Below the pieces are notes generated by a model, which ran no database searches, had not been told where the DNA came from, and saw nothing but the letters and a program-made list of their open reading frames with translations. Both the position numbers and the translations under genes were made by a program. A stretch of DNA of 64,000 bases from Callorhinchus milii (lineage: Eukaryota), in NCBI RefSeq assembly GCF_018977255.1, contig NW_024704761.1, forward strand, positions 186,001 through 250,000, given 5' to 3'. This document shows positions 49,712 through 62,689 of this stretch, in pieces (position 1 is the stretch's first letter; each line of letters opens with the position of its first letter).

Positions 49712-50045
49712 GGCCAGTGCAGTGCTAGGGGTGTGCTGTATTGTCGGAGGTGCCGTTCTTCGGTTGACACGTTAAACCAGGGAGCTGTCTGTCTGTCCAG
49801 GTGGATGCTAACGGCAATATCCGAAAAGGAGAAGGGAGTTTTTCCCCGTAGTTCTGGCCAATAATCTCCCGGAGAAGAGGTTGGCCATCACTTCATGGCT
49901 GTTTGTGGGACGTTGCTTTGCACAACATGTCTGTCGCACTTACCTGTGATACAGTCACTATAGTTTACAGTAAAATTCCTGTGAAGTTGTTTGAGGTGTT
50001 TTGCCGACAGGCTAAGTTGCTGTATCAAATGCAAGGATTATTATT
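49712..50045 (+). mobile_element. Deu-domain SINE
   Basis: gtgcagtgctaggggtgtgctgtattgtcggaggtgccgttcttcggttgacacgttaaacc...caggtggatgc, plus tail. Confidence 0.88.
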
Positions 50046-50234
50046 GCGTCTCTTCGTTGGATTGGAAATGAACAGCAGCAGGGAAACCAGGAATAAGCAG
50101 GAAGGGACTGGCTCGGTTCCATCTTCTGTTACATTCTTTGCAGAGCGTCATAGGGGAATGATGGGCACAGATGGCTGGCACTGCCCACTTGTATAAAGCA
50201 CACTCCTCGTATTGGATAGAGGAGACTGTACCAC

Positions 50235-50500
50235 TTGGGACACTGCTGTGTGCAATTGGCTGCCACGTTTCGCCCACAAAGTATACAGTCACTACACTTT
50301 ACGGTATATCCTGTGAACCACTTTGAGACATCTCGAAGATGTGATGAGGTGCTGTATCAAATGCAAGGATTATTATTATATTATAATGGGAAGGTGTTGT
50401 TGAGGGCGATGGAGTAAGGGCAGGATTAGAAGATCTGCCTTGAGCTAATAAATTGATGGATTTGGCTTGACGGGCTGAATGGCTTTCTCCTGTTCTCATC
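50235..50500 (+). mobile_element. SINE 3' part followed by a CR1 3' end
   Basis: gggacactgctgtgtgcaattggctgcc...aaatgcaaggattatt, then ggcttgacgggctgaatggctttctcctgttc. Confidence 0.85.
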
Positions 50501-51229
50501 TTCCTGTGACTTCTGGTTTGCCGTTATTTACGTCACAGGTTTTGTTTTTTTGTTCAAAAAGGTTTGCAATGAAAAGTAACATGGAGGGGGGTGGGGCGTG
50601 GGTGGAGGGGGGCAGGTGGCGGGGCGGCTGAGCAACGTCAAACTGACGTCCAAAGTCGTCGCCCAAACACAGCCTGACCCCAGTCACCCCACAGCACAGC
50701 GGCCGGTGTGACTGGCTCCCTGCCTGACTCGTTGACGTATTTGGAGGTAGGAGAGACAGCCAGGAACTGGTCCGATAGCAGTAACAATATTAACACACGG
50801 ACGCTCCAGCCATGATGAAGATCTGTAGATTCTCATTGACAACCTTTTCTATTTTAACAAAAAGAATACATTTTGTGTCGCTTTCAATCTATCTGACCAC
50901 TGTAAAAGGTTTTATTTTTGTGTATCTGATTGAAGCTGTGATTTGTTTGTAAAGATTTTCATGGCTGTTTGTGAGGGACATTGCTGTGCACAAATGGGCC
51001 GCAGTGATCTCCTACAATTACACAGTCACTTCGCTCCTGTGAAGCGCTTTGAGACGTCCTCCTGATGTGAAAAGCGTTAATACCAAGTACAAGATTATTG
51101 TTATTTACTCACTGACCATTAAAGTGACAAATAGCCAGGAGAAAGAGAGAACCAAATGGAGAATGTTAGGATTTTATTTCAAGTCAAGTTCACTTCTTTT
51201 CTCTGACATTCATCAGGGCTGCATTGCAC

Positions 51230-51330
51230 AGTGATCAGAAACTCTGGCTGGCATTCATCACCCTGATCCAGAGGATGCCAAGGCCAATTGTGGTCCCAAC
51301 CACTGGACAGCCACTGCACAGCCAAGAGCT
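51230..51330 (-). mobile_element. Old SINE-like element (family 3) fragment
   Basis: gtgatcagaaactctggctgg...ccagaggatgccaaggccaattgtgg (reverse of the caattggcctcagtgcccctgg...cagccag motif). Confidence 0.6.
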
Positions 51331-52324
51331 ACCCTAGGTGGTGCTTCACCACTGCGCCATCGAAGGAGCTATAGCTTATGTAGATTTACTTTGCAAGATT
51401 ACTATAAACTCTTAAACCCATGATCGGAATCACACCACCAGTCCCTTCACAGTCACTATTCCAGTAGCCAGAGTGAAATTGGACCCACAAATAAGTTGCT
51501 CTCCTCCTTTTAGGAGGACATTAACTGTGTGTGAATGTGTTTGCCTTTGCGCTGTGCCTTCTAGACACAAATAGATATTTGATGATACGCCTTCATATCC
51601 TTCTGGAAGGTCAAAACTCTGCTTTCCATCTTCTGGTGCAACTACTTAATAGAACCCTAATATAGTCGAATGCTGAGACTAAGTTGCTTTGTGTTTTGAG
51701 AGAATTGTGTGAGAGGTTCGCAGCTCTGGGAGTTCCTGGTAGTGTCAACTGGACACATTGGGACTAACCGGAGTTGGAGTGAAAGTCCGTTGTGTTGACA
51801 CATTCAATCACAGTCAGAAGATCACTGTTATGCAATGCGCTGTGAGAAATAATCCTAACCCTAACTCCAGGCTTTTAATCTCAGTATGATCTGTATTTAT
51901 TATTTACCTAATAAACACAAGCCAGACACCCTGTTTTTTGCGGCTTTGTGTCAGTTATTTTTATAATACTGTATTGTTTGTTAGCTGTCATGTACAAAAG
52001 GGAGGCATTATGAAACAGCAAGGCTAAAGAGACGTGCTGGTTAATGAGCTGCCTGCTCTGTAAACTGATGAGTGAACATTGTGAATGCTGACTGAATCAA
52101 ACCAGGAATTGTAAGTGCAAAATAAGGAAACAAAGTTCAACGTCTGTTGTGGCAAGAAAGGGAAGCTACATTATCTCAGCCGCAGATTTTTCTCTTTAAA
52201 TGAGAAATGTGGTGTATTTATGGGTCTGTCACTGATGGGGCCGGTTACACTTGGGTGAATTTGGGTACCACAAGCTTCTTCTACTCAATTGAATGCATTG
52301 TTGCCACCGATGCCTCAATTCTGT

Positions 52325-52548
52325 AATAATAATAACAATAATAATCCTTGCATTTGATATAGTGCCTCACCATGTCATTTAGACATCTCAAAGCGCCTCA
52401 GATAACATGTTGTAAAGTGAATTGACTGTGTATTTTGTGGGCGAAACGCGGCAGCCAATTGCACACAGCAGCGTCCCACAAACAGTCGTGGAGTCAGTGA
52501 CCTTTTTTTTAGGGATTATTACCATTGGAAAACAATTGACTAACAACC
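52325..52548 (-). mobile_element. CORE-type SINE 3' part, about 100 bp upstream of exon 3
   Basis: ataatccttgcatttgatatag...gggcgaaacgcggcagccaattgcacacagcagcgtcccacaaacagtcgtgg...gactaacaacc. Confidence 0.9.
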
Positions 52549-52652
52549 AGCTGAAAGCTCGCTCACCAATGGGGTGGGGGGAGGGGATTAGCAACGTGAA
52601 TGCCACCCTCTCTGTCAGTGGCAAATCCTAACACACTTCTTCTCGCCCACAG

Positions 52653-52763
52653 GACTTTACGGGAAAGACACGAGCTCTGGTCACGGCTACAGCAGGGGAG
52701 CGCCAGATTTGCATGACTTCATCTCTTCAGGATTTGTGACGCTGGGACGAGGGCACCTTAAGG
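52653..52763 (+). CDS. SHISA6: Shisa6-like exon 3 (111 bp, symmetric phase 1-1, probable cassette exon)
   Basis: Branch-like CTAAC at about 52628, pyrimidine tract and CACAG| acceptor, donor AAGG|GTACAG. Reads in frame with exon 2 as (G)LYGKDTSSGHGYSRGAPDLHDFISSGFVTLGRGHLK, resembling mammalian SHISA6 exon 3 GHYGKDAYRSGGPDLHNFISSGFVTLGRGHTK. Confidence 0.88.
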
Positions 52764-55700
52764 GTACAGTAAAAGAAAATCTTTCTCTCCTTACAAAGAA
52801 CGCACTTGGCGCTCCTAATCTGCTGGCTAGTTTTATCACAACATAATCTCTCCCCCCTGAAAGCAATGAGTGTTGGAGTCAGCTTAGTAACAGGCATCAA
52901 GCAAGTCAAACCATCACTTTGTGACAATTGGCAATGATTTTTATTCAGCTTCTCATCTTACAATGACAGGGTTTCACCAGAAAATGGAAGGCAATAAGTA
53001 AGGTTTAATTACAGATTTAGAGTTCCAGCACCTGCCTATAAAATCAGAGAGGAACACGGCCAATAGTAAATTCACACAGGGCTTTTTTGTTTGTGTTGAT
53101 TTGATTTTGTCGGATGAGAAGTGTCCATTAGCATAGCAGGTGCTTGTCACCATTGATTGGACTGCAACAGATTCCAAAAGCACTCACTGAAAACAGTGGC
53201 ATTGTTTATACCAGTGTTGGGTCGGCGGCAGCAGTGGGAAAGGACAGTGAGATTGCATTCACAGTAATTGTGTATTCTGAGCTTTTCCCCAGCTCTACTC
53301 AGCAAGTTTCCGGGTGAGATATATTAAAGCTTGTCTCTCGCACTGAAGGAAATCATTTTTACAGTGTTCCTCTTTCACTGCTCGGAAGCATTGCAAGGCA
53401 TCTCACGTCAGAGAGCATTCCAGTGGTGGTGGCTTAATCTCATTAATAAAGAAAAGCTTGATTTGCAGGGATGATGTGAGGCAAACATACCCACATCTCA
53501 ACTGTACCATTTAGTCGTCCCATTTTGCACATAATTTTAGTAAATGTCGGAAATATTAAAAGATTGCTTTCCCATTTCTGTTCAAATAACTGCCTCCCCC
53601 CACTCCCCACACTTCCCCTCTAACAAATAGATCCTAGCAATTCTGGATGATTGATTCACTGCAGATTCTTTTCCCAGAGAAAAACAATCCTCCTGCAAAA
53701 AAGGGAGCAGATTGTGTCTCAGTCAGAAGTACCTCTCAGATGTGTCCTCCTAATGTGTGTTAATAGGAGAGCACGTGAGAGCTATTAATGGGGACTTAGT
53801 TACATTCGTGCTGATACTGGTAACAAAGTCTGTCTGTTTCAGACAAGTGTGACAACTAAGTCATCAAATACTACAAATGAATAGCTGACTGCAGTGTTGC
53901 TGTGCTACGATAAGTTATTTGATGTTGTAATGGGAAGATGATGGTGTTTCTGTTCGAGTGAGCCAGCTTGGCAGGACTAGGAGGGGCAGAGGTTCTTCAT
54001 GTTCAGTTCCTGTTAACCTTGCAAGTCGAAGCCTAGGTTTCTACTGAGCCACTGTGAAATCAGGCGGAGCTGGGCAGGGGTTGGCATGTGCTGGGTTCTG
54101 ATCTGATCAGCCAGTGGTCAGCTCTGTGCAGTTCATTGACCTTGGAACACCACACCAGTCCCCAGAGAAAGCGACACTTGACTCCTGCACTGCCCGAGAG
54201 CAGAGTTACAGAAAAGGCAATAAAACCTAATTGGTGTTGAAGGCAAATATGGAATTCTAAAATCGATCAGTTACAGTCTGCGAGAACTGGAGTGGTTGTA
54301 ATTTATGGGTGGATTTCACACCTGGAAGGAAGAGTCTAAACTGATCGAAAGAAATCAATAGAAATGGCAGGTGATGGACATAGGTGATAGGCATGTCCCT
54401 CATCTCCTCTCAGCCTCACAGCTAGGATTGTACCAACGGCTTCTGGGTTTGAGTTTGGTCACAAATGGAGCAATCGGATTTTATGTGCATCTCCTGCATT
54501 GCTGTGTGCCCTGTGATGAGAAGCCAGCGTCAGCCTTGTTACACCATTACACAGAAACACTGCTAATGTTCATTGGAATGAATGGGAACCGGAGTCTCCT
54601 AAACTTTGTTGCTCTGCTTTCATATCGAGGTCGTTAGCAGATTTCCGCAGGCATATCTCCAGCTAGCAATCTCTGCGTTATGCAGCCACAATGTGGGACG
54701 TAATGATTTATTAAACAGGCTCATAACAGTAACTCCCTCAAGTCTCAGCTGTATGAATTAGCTCCAGTGGTTTCATCCTCAATATCCTGCGCTGCAGCTT
54801 TTAAAAATTGTGTATTTCTTATTCAATACATCACAAGTTTTACGTACACTGTTTTCGCTAAATACAGTCCGTTGGAATTAGAGAAAGTGGACAGAAAACT
54901 TCTTAAATTTATGTCGTCTAAATAAAAAAATAATAATCATCTTTGCAATTTTTTGTAGTGCCTTATCACATCATTGAAATAGCTCAATGCTTCCCAGGAT
55001 TTTTACTGTGAAATGTAATGACTGTGGTATACGTACACAAGCAGCCAATCTGCGCACAGCAATCTCCTACAAACACCTATTAATCCCGTGAGACAATTAG
55101 AAAAGAGAAGAGTTTCTCCCCAGGTCTTGGCCCTCAAATCCTCCAGATAAATCGATCATTTACCCAATGGCTGTTTCTGGACCTCGCTGGATCAAGAGGC
55201 TGTGTGGTTTACCTGCAGATATCTATTCACTACACTGGAGAGTAATTACCCGGGAAGATCTTCGTGATGTTTTGACGTGATGAGGTGCTGAAGAAGCACA
55301 GGTTCTTACTTTGCAACGTGAGCTATTAATAAGCACGTGATGGTGTAGCTTTCAGATCTGGTTCAGGCAGTTATGCCTTCTCGCTCTCTCTCTGTTGCCC
55401 TGGATAAGGTGGAATTCTTATTTAGGTTACAGCAAAAAGTAGGGAAACTCCCTGAAGTAATGTAGAAGAATGAATGGAGCCGGACTTGCTAACCTCCAAG
55501 CATCGCAAAAGGCTGGCCTTTCATTGTGAAACACCCATTATATGATTATAATAAATCCATAATAATATTCAAACCAGACTCCCCCAAAATACCCATTAAG
55601 TATTGAGGCATTTCTGCCAGTAAATCAGACAGTTCGAAAGAAGTGATATTTCTCCAAATCCATTGAACAAAATGTGTACGTATTAAAGGGCACATCAGTG

Positions 55701-57574
55701 ATTCTTCCTCGGGGACTTTATTATCACATGCCCCATGTTCCAGTATCACTTTTGATCTAATTGCACATCCAGACTTGTGGCTTTCCTGAACCACTGATAA
55801 TAATAATAATTGCATTTGATGGCCTAATTAGCCCCTTTCACAGTGGAGGACGTCGCAAAGAGCTTGACAATACTGGCTGCGGCCGGGAGAATACACTGGA
55901 AAGTGCAGTGAGAATGTATGACTTGCAGACAAACGCCTCACCTCATTTGCCCGCATTTACACAGCGCCCTTCTCTCACCCCTCCCGTAGCAACATCCTAC
56001 AAATGTCCATGAAATGAACGACCAATGCTGTGATATTCCTCCTGTAAAATGATGATCAGAACTGCACAAAGGACTCTAAATGTGCTCTAACTTCCCTACT
56101 TTTGTGATTCATTCCTCTGGACTTAACCTACATCGCCAAAAAAAACCCAAAGGAAATTGCACTGAGCTAATCAGCTGCACTGTCTTTCCATTAATACTCT
56201 ATTCATTGGAGGACCTATTAATGTGATATTGAAGTGATGGGTATCTATGTAAACCTGCAGTAGATCATGAGGCAGGATTAATTTCAGCAAAAGAACAAGT
56301 TTGATTTCTGTATTTAGTTCCTTATGATATATTTCCATTGTGAACACATTTAAAATTTGGTGCCGTAATCAACTTAAAATCATGGGTTGCTAAAAGTGAA
56401 AGATTCAAATGATCTTGTGAATTATTCCTCGATGATTTTGTGGGTGAAGGTACTAAGCCGTACATATCTCAAAGCAGGAGTTGAGTTGGGTGATCACAGC
56501 CAGTGGTGGTGGGGGGGAGAGGGGCGGGGGAAGGGCGCTGTGTAAATGCAAGTTGTTGTTGTTGACTAAAGTAAATCAGTGAAGGGTCTTGGTCCTCATT
56601 CAGTAACCTCTCTGTTGATGTTCGGATGTTAAATGAAGGAGCAGAATAGTTTGCCATCAGCAGGAGGGAATTTCAGTTTCTCAGTTTCAGAATGCATGAG
56701 GGAGAAGGGACAAGAGGAATATAGGAGAAGGGGAATAGAAGGGGTGGAGGTTTGTGTGGAATATAAACACTAGTTGTGCCAAATGGCCTGTTTCTGTGTT
56801 GTGTCGTTCTATGTAATTCTCCTGACGAGCAGAAACTGGAGGTGAAATGAGAAATAAAATGTACGCTTCAGGCTAACAGTGAAGGAAGCCGTGTTCAGCA
56901 AGAGGTCGAGTTCGATCTCAGATTAACAGAGTAATTCTGTGGTCATAAATAATTTAATTCAGTGCTGGTACAAAACCATGGCTGTCTTGGTCCCACTTAG
57001 AAGTTTACTAATTAAATAATCATGTGCTGTGCATGTGGATGTTGGGCTAATTACACTGTGTGATTAAGGATAACACACAAAAGATCTTGGAGGATGGGGT
57101 TTCTTTTCTGCTTCATTTTCTTAATTTATTCAAACGGCCTCGCTTAAGATTTTCCTCTTGCAATTTAACGGCTCGTGATACCTGGGTGAGGAAATGTGCA
57201 GGTTCTCTAACAAAAGCAAGTGGAACCTTCCTTTCATATCTAGAGTCGTAGAATTCAAAAGCCACGAGGTAAAATTGAACTTAGATAATACTTGGCTTCC
57301 AAAGTTTCTGTAAAGTGTGGTGACTGTGTATTTTGTGGGCAAACGTGGCAGCCAGTTTGTCACAATCGTATTGTGAACTATCACATTACTCTTATTTTCC
57401 AAAGGAAAGTCAGTCAGCGATTTGGAAGCTGTAATCCTCTTGAGGATTGTCACTAGGAGCAGGATTCGCTGAGTGTTTATGGTTTCCTCAATTGGATTAG
57501 TGTCTTGTAATTCACTGAAATGAGTCTGCCACACTATTGACCCACAGGCCTCATCAGTCTGTGCAAACAGGGAG

Positions 57575-57880
57575 TCAGTACTGTGTTAAGAACATAGGCG
57601 CTATCTTTTGGATGAGATGTTGAACCCAGGTCCCATCTGCCTGTATTTCTGGGGCAAATTAAAGATCCCTGAAAAAAGATGGGAGTTTCTCACAGTGTTT
57701 GGGCCAACAAAACTGCAGATTATTTTGTCTTTCACCCCAGGGCTCTTTGTGGGACTTAACCGTACACAACATACTTGACACTCATTGCTACAAAAAGTCA
57801 CTACATTTGACAGAAATTATTGTAAAGCATTTAGAGACATTTCAACACAATAAGGTGTTGGGCAAATGTAAATTCTTTCT
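57575..57880 (+). mobile_element. Deu-domain SINE (degraded)
   Basis: atcttttggatgagatgttgaacccaggtcccatctgcc..attaaagatccc. Confidence 0.8.
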
Positions 57881-58079
57881 TCTGAGCTCTGTCAAAGTCT
57901 GAACATGTCGGAATGGATACGTTTAGAGACAGAAACCAGGAAGTATATCTTCAGACAGAATCCAATTAGTTGCTGCAATAGGTTACCAGGCAGTGTGATT
58001 GAGGCAGTGCAGTGGGCAGTGAGACTCATTTAAGAATCTCCCTTCTCTTTTTAAATGGTATCAGTAAAATCTCATCCCA

Positions 58080-58230
58080 AGACTGTTTGTGGGACGTCGC
58101 TGTGCCCAATTAGCCGCCACGTTTCCTCCACAAAATACAATCAATCCACTTTGCAATGTATTCTGCGAAGGGCTTTGAGACGTCTCACACAACGTGATAA
58201 GGCACTATATTAAAGGCTTATTATTATTCA
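58080..58230 (+). mobile_element. SINE 3' part
   Basis: gactgtttgtgggacgtcgctgtgcccaattagccgcc...ctttgagacgtctc..gtgataaggcac. Confidence 0.88.
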
Positions 58231-59044
58231 TATTAATGTCTACAGGAAAAACAGGCAAATGGAGCCTGGGTTCAACATCTCATCCAACAGACAGCATTAT
58301 ATTATGGGTGGGTATTCTGGAAGGATGATATCAAATAGGCCAAAGGGCTGCATTTGTTTCCATCTGCACCTCTCTTGTGATCTTGCGAGTATAATAAAAA
58401 TATGAAGTGGCATATCATTGCCTGACACAAAATGTAGCTTCCAGCGATTTGTACCAATATACATTGTCTGAGATCGGGCTGTCAAAACACAAGGAAAAAA
58501 ATATAAACTTTCCTAAGGCTTGTTTTTCATTTACATTATAATATACTATAATATTCATTATTTCATGTCATTAATAATTAATTACTCTCATATTCTCTAC
58601 ATTGTTTTTCGAACTAAAAGCATACAAATACATTTTTTTGTGGGGGAGTGGAGGAGCTGTTTCACTTATACACTGGGTTTAAAGCGGCTGTGTGGTGATG
58701 CAAACCTCATTTCAGAATGTAATCATTTTTTTCCACACACAATCTCCCCGCTAAACAGCTACAGGTTTTAATCTTTGTGATTCATAATTGGGATTCACAC
58801 CACAACACACAGGAGCACAAAAAGATTGTAAGACTTTGGCCTAGCGCGCGCACACACGTACATACACACACACAATCACTATTAAATAAACCCATGCATT
58901 TGCTAGAGCGCTTTTCACGTCAGGCGGACATTTCAAAGTGTACCATAGGATTTACTGTAAAGTGGAGTAACTACCGCAAGAATTGTTCCACAACCAGTCA
59001 TGAAACAAATGAGCAATTTTATTTGGCGGATTGGGGCAGGAATT

Positions 59045-59265
59045 ATAGAATCATGAACATGTGTAGTGCAGACAAACTATTTGGCCCATCGATTCTGCAC
59101 TGGCTCTCAGAATAAGCTCTCTGTTCAATCACCTAACTCCATAACCCTTCAAGCTTCTATCTTTCATATACCTCTTGAAACCCACAGTAGGGGTTCAAGA
59201 GCTCCGCCTCTACCACTTTCCTTGGCAGCGCATTCCACAGGCCAATAACTCTGCATGAAAAACTA
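59045..59265 (-). mobile_element. CR1 LINE 3' end
   Basis: tagaatcatg..atttggcccatcga...ctaccactttccttggcagcgcattccacaggccaataactctgcatgaaaaa. Confidence 0.8.
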
Positions 59266-62200
59266 TTGACGTGAGCGCTGTCAGATTGAGGGCTGAACAG
59301 TGGGGAACATTACCAAGGTTCAAAACAGAGAGAGAGAGAGAAAGGGGTTAGATGATGCTAAACGTGTAGATTGGAAGAGAAAGAGAATCACAGAATCATA
59401 GGAATTTATTGCACAGAAGGAAGCCATTCTGCCCATTGAGTCTACTCAGGCTCTCAGAGGAAGCTGTACTTTCCTTCTGACTTCCCTGCACTGTCCCCAT
59501 GCTGCTTCACACTCTAATTTCCCAATTTCCAAATACAATACAATACAAAATTACATTTGTATAGCAGCTTTCACGTCAGGAGGACAAATAACTTTTCTAC
59601 TGATTGAGAGAAGGCAGGAGTTCCATAGTTAGAGTAGGAAACTGTGCATTAAGTCTAGTGAAGTTGCAGAGAAGGAAGAGTGTATTAGGCAATGTGGGAG
59701 CACAGAGGAAGTTGGGCAACAGGGTCAAGTTGGATGACAAGGGATGACTGAGGAAGAGTTCGCTCTTTAAAGTGATTCTAAGTGAGAGATACAAGGAATG
59801 CGATCAAAGGTAAAAGAATAAAGAAAAATCTGTCAATCAGGTCAGGGCACTAGAACCTTGTCGTTCTTAGCAGCATTAATGAGAGGCAACAGCACTAGAA
59901 ATGATCCAATACTCAACAGTCTAGTTAGAATGAGGTCAATGACCTTGTGTGGGATATGAATTAGTCATACTACTGGAAGTGCAATGGCAGAGAAGCAACC
60001 AACCCTGACACTAACATGAGGTAGAGCAATATTAGGACTGGTGAATTAACCAAAGCTTTGTTACGAAGCCAATACCATCCATTTTATAAAGGCAATAACA
60101 GAGCCCAGGGAGAGTAACTGGACGATAGCAATCCCGTCGAGAGATTGCAGTGTTTCTGTATTGTATCAAAGATTGTTCTCCAATCCTCTCAAATACATTG
60201 CATGAACCTCAAAAGAGTGATAACAACCTTTGGATAATAATAATAATTTCTAACATTTGCTGTAGTGCCTTTAACCTGGGAGGAAGTCTCAAAGCGCTTT
60301 GCAGGATATACTGTAAAGTGTAGTGATTGTACATTTGTAGGTGATTTGGACGTCCTGTCCAAAACATGAAACTATGCACAGGGAAAACTCACTATTAAAG
60401 GCAATAATTGAAGTGGTTTACTTTGCTCTTATTAGCGAGATTGGAGTTTTGATCATCAGTATTAAATGGGGTGGTGGTGGGGGGCGGGTACTGTAATAGT
60501 GGCCTGGATAATGTATGGACTAGCCTCACTGAAAGGCCCAGAGGCTGATGTTCTGCTGTGTACAGCGGGGCAGGTTAGCGCCAGTTCCTCCTGCCAGCAC
60601 ATATCATGTAGGTAGGTAGCTGCTTCCCCCGATTCCTCCCCGTATTGTAAGCTCTGCAGTAACAGATGTTGTGCAGATCATCGTTCAGTGTGTGCTGAGC
60701 TCTCGGCCTCCAGCGCGACACTGATGTGATGCGTCCAGACATCATGTTAGCATCTGGCAGCCGTGACTGCGACCATGCTTTTAAATATTGCTGTAATTTG
60801 TCAGTCAAGAGCTCAATCCACTGATATAAAGCAGCAGCTCCCAACCGTTTCTGTTAATGAAAACTTTGTCACCGAGAGACCGGTTACAGTAAAACTCCTA
60901 CGACTGGGGCTCTGTTGCCAGGGAGAGAAACGGGTTGTGAAGAAATTAGGTGCTCAATGGTGACTCGAAACAACAACAGAAACGTTGAAAGTCAAAGGTT
61001 TGAGTTTCTCATGAATTTATGAATGAGCGAGCTAACTATTTACTCTGAATTGCTCGGGTTTCCCTCAATCAGATGGCTGCCTAGAGGTATAGGAGATACC
61101 AAGTGGAACTGAGATAATAAACCTAGAACAAAGCTTTCAGATAGGAAGCTATGGAATCAGAGTATAGGAAATATTAGGAATTGTTTCTTTAGATGGGGGC
61201 AGGCAGCAGTTGGGACAGGTTACCGAGGTGGGCAGTGAGCCAGGTATCCTGAAAAGATGAGATTAAATTGGACAAAAGGTCCTCTTTATCCAAGCCTCCC
61301 TTGTTACCATGTAATTGTGATAACTCTCCGCTAGAATATAAAGCAGGCCCTTGTAAAGAATTAGTATTCCACCGAATCCACATGCATTGGCCCCAAATAA
61401 CTCCAGACAAATCCCAGCTGTAGCAGGCTCCATATTGATTTCAGCTCCACAGCCAGGCTGCGATAAGTTGACAGAAAGAAAGTGGCTGACAAAATTATGC
61501 AGTGCCTTGTAATTTAAAAAGGTGATATGTGGTATATTTCAGCGTTGCTCACTGAAGTTTCAGAGCACTGAGGTGGAAGTACTGACAGCCCGAGATTCTG
61601 CCCAGTCCTACCTGGTGAAGTCTATTTAGCCTTGAAGTGGAAGTCTCGCACCAAGATGCATTTGATCTGAATTTGGAAGCTGGGTCTCTGTAGTTCTTAA
61701 ATTTTCAAATTTGTTGTGTGTGTGTGTGTGTATGTTTGTGGGGGTGGGGGTTGGGCGGAGGGAGGTGTGGGGGTGACTAGTTCAGGAGGTGGGGAATGCA
61801 ATGCCAACCAGTGGTGCTGCAATTCAATGCAAACATTTATTCGTTAATTTCCCTTGCTTCCAATTTAAGAGGCTTTCTTTCTGTCAGACCGCCTTGCAGT
61901 GTAGATGGCCTGGGGAGTAAACGTAGCTGGCTGATTGGGTTACAGTCACCTCCCCCCCTTCCCCCTGGCTCGGAGACAGGCTCCGCCACTGTGAAGCGCT
62001 GAGACACCGGCCTGCGTGGAAGGCACTATATAAGTGCAAATTGTTATTGTTTGCCCACAACCGTCTGCGGGAACTTTTATCTTCTAATGTAATGAAAGTG
62101 AAGAAGAATTGTGCGCAGAGGTAAATAGCTGGGAATAATTAAACAGTAACCGTGCGGAGTGCAGTACGTTCCTCTCTGGCCCATGATAAAAACAAATCAC

Positions 62201-62569
62201 TTTAAAGCAAGCGCTATGTGTTCGATGAAAAAAATCCATTCTGCTCTGTGTCACAGTCACAGTAGGTGAGAGGCTTTTTGAGATGGTGAATGAAAGAAAT
62301 TGAGATGGTGAATAAAGAAGACATATTGTGCCCTCTGGGAATTTTATACGTCGTCAGGGAGACGGAATGGAACTGGAGGTGAAGTGTTTTCGAAAGGTTA
62401 ATTTGTTGAATGAATTGGAAGACTAGGACCAGATGAGGTCCTTCTCTACCTCCTCCCTCCCCCAACGTATAAGCCCTCAACCACAGTATCCTTTATGTGA
62501 ACCTACCGCGTAGCCTTTCCGTCCATGGAAAGGCATCCTTCTGTGAACTTTTCCAGTTGCAGCAAAAGC

Positions 62570-62689
62570 AATAATAATAATAATCTTGCATTCGATGTAG
62601 CGCTTTATCACGTCTTCGAGATGTCTGCCCGGGAATCAAACCTCTCGCTTGTGAGGCGAGCGGTCTAACCACTGAGCTACAGGACTCCA
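62570..62689 (-). mobile_element. Head-to-tail fused mini-SINE (body deleted)
   Basis: Reverse strand: tggagtcctgtagctcagtggttagaccgctcgcc..gattcccgggc joined directly to agacatctcgaagacgtgataaagcgctacatcgaatgcaagattattatt. Confidence 0.85.

Noticed and set aside
60575-60844. 89-aa minus-strand ORF containing DLHN
   Set aside because: Wrong strand for shisa6, and the real exon 3 is at 52653. No other homology recognised.
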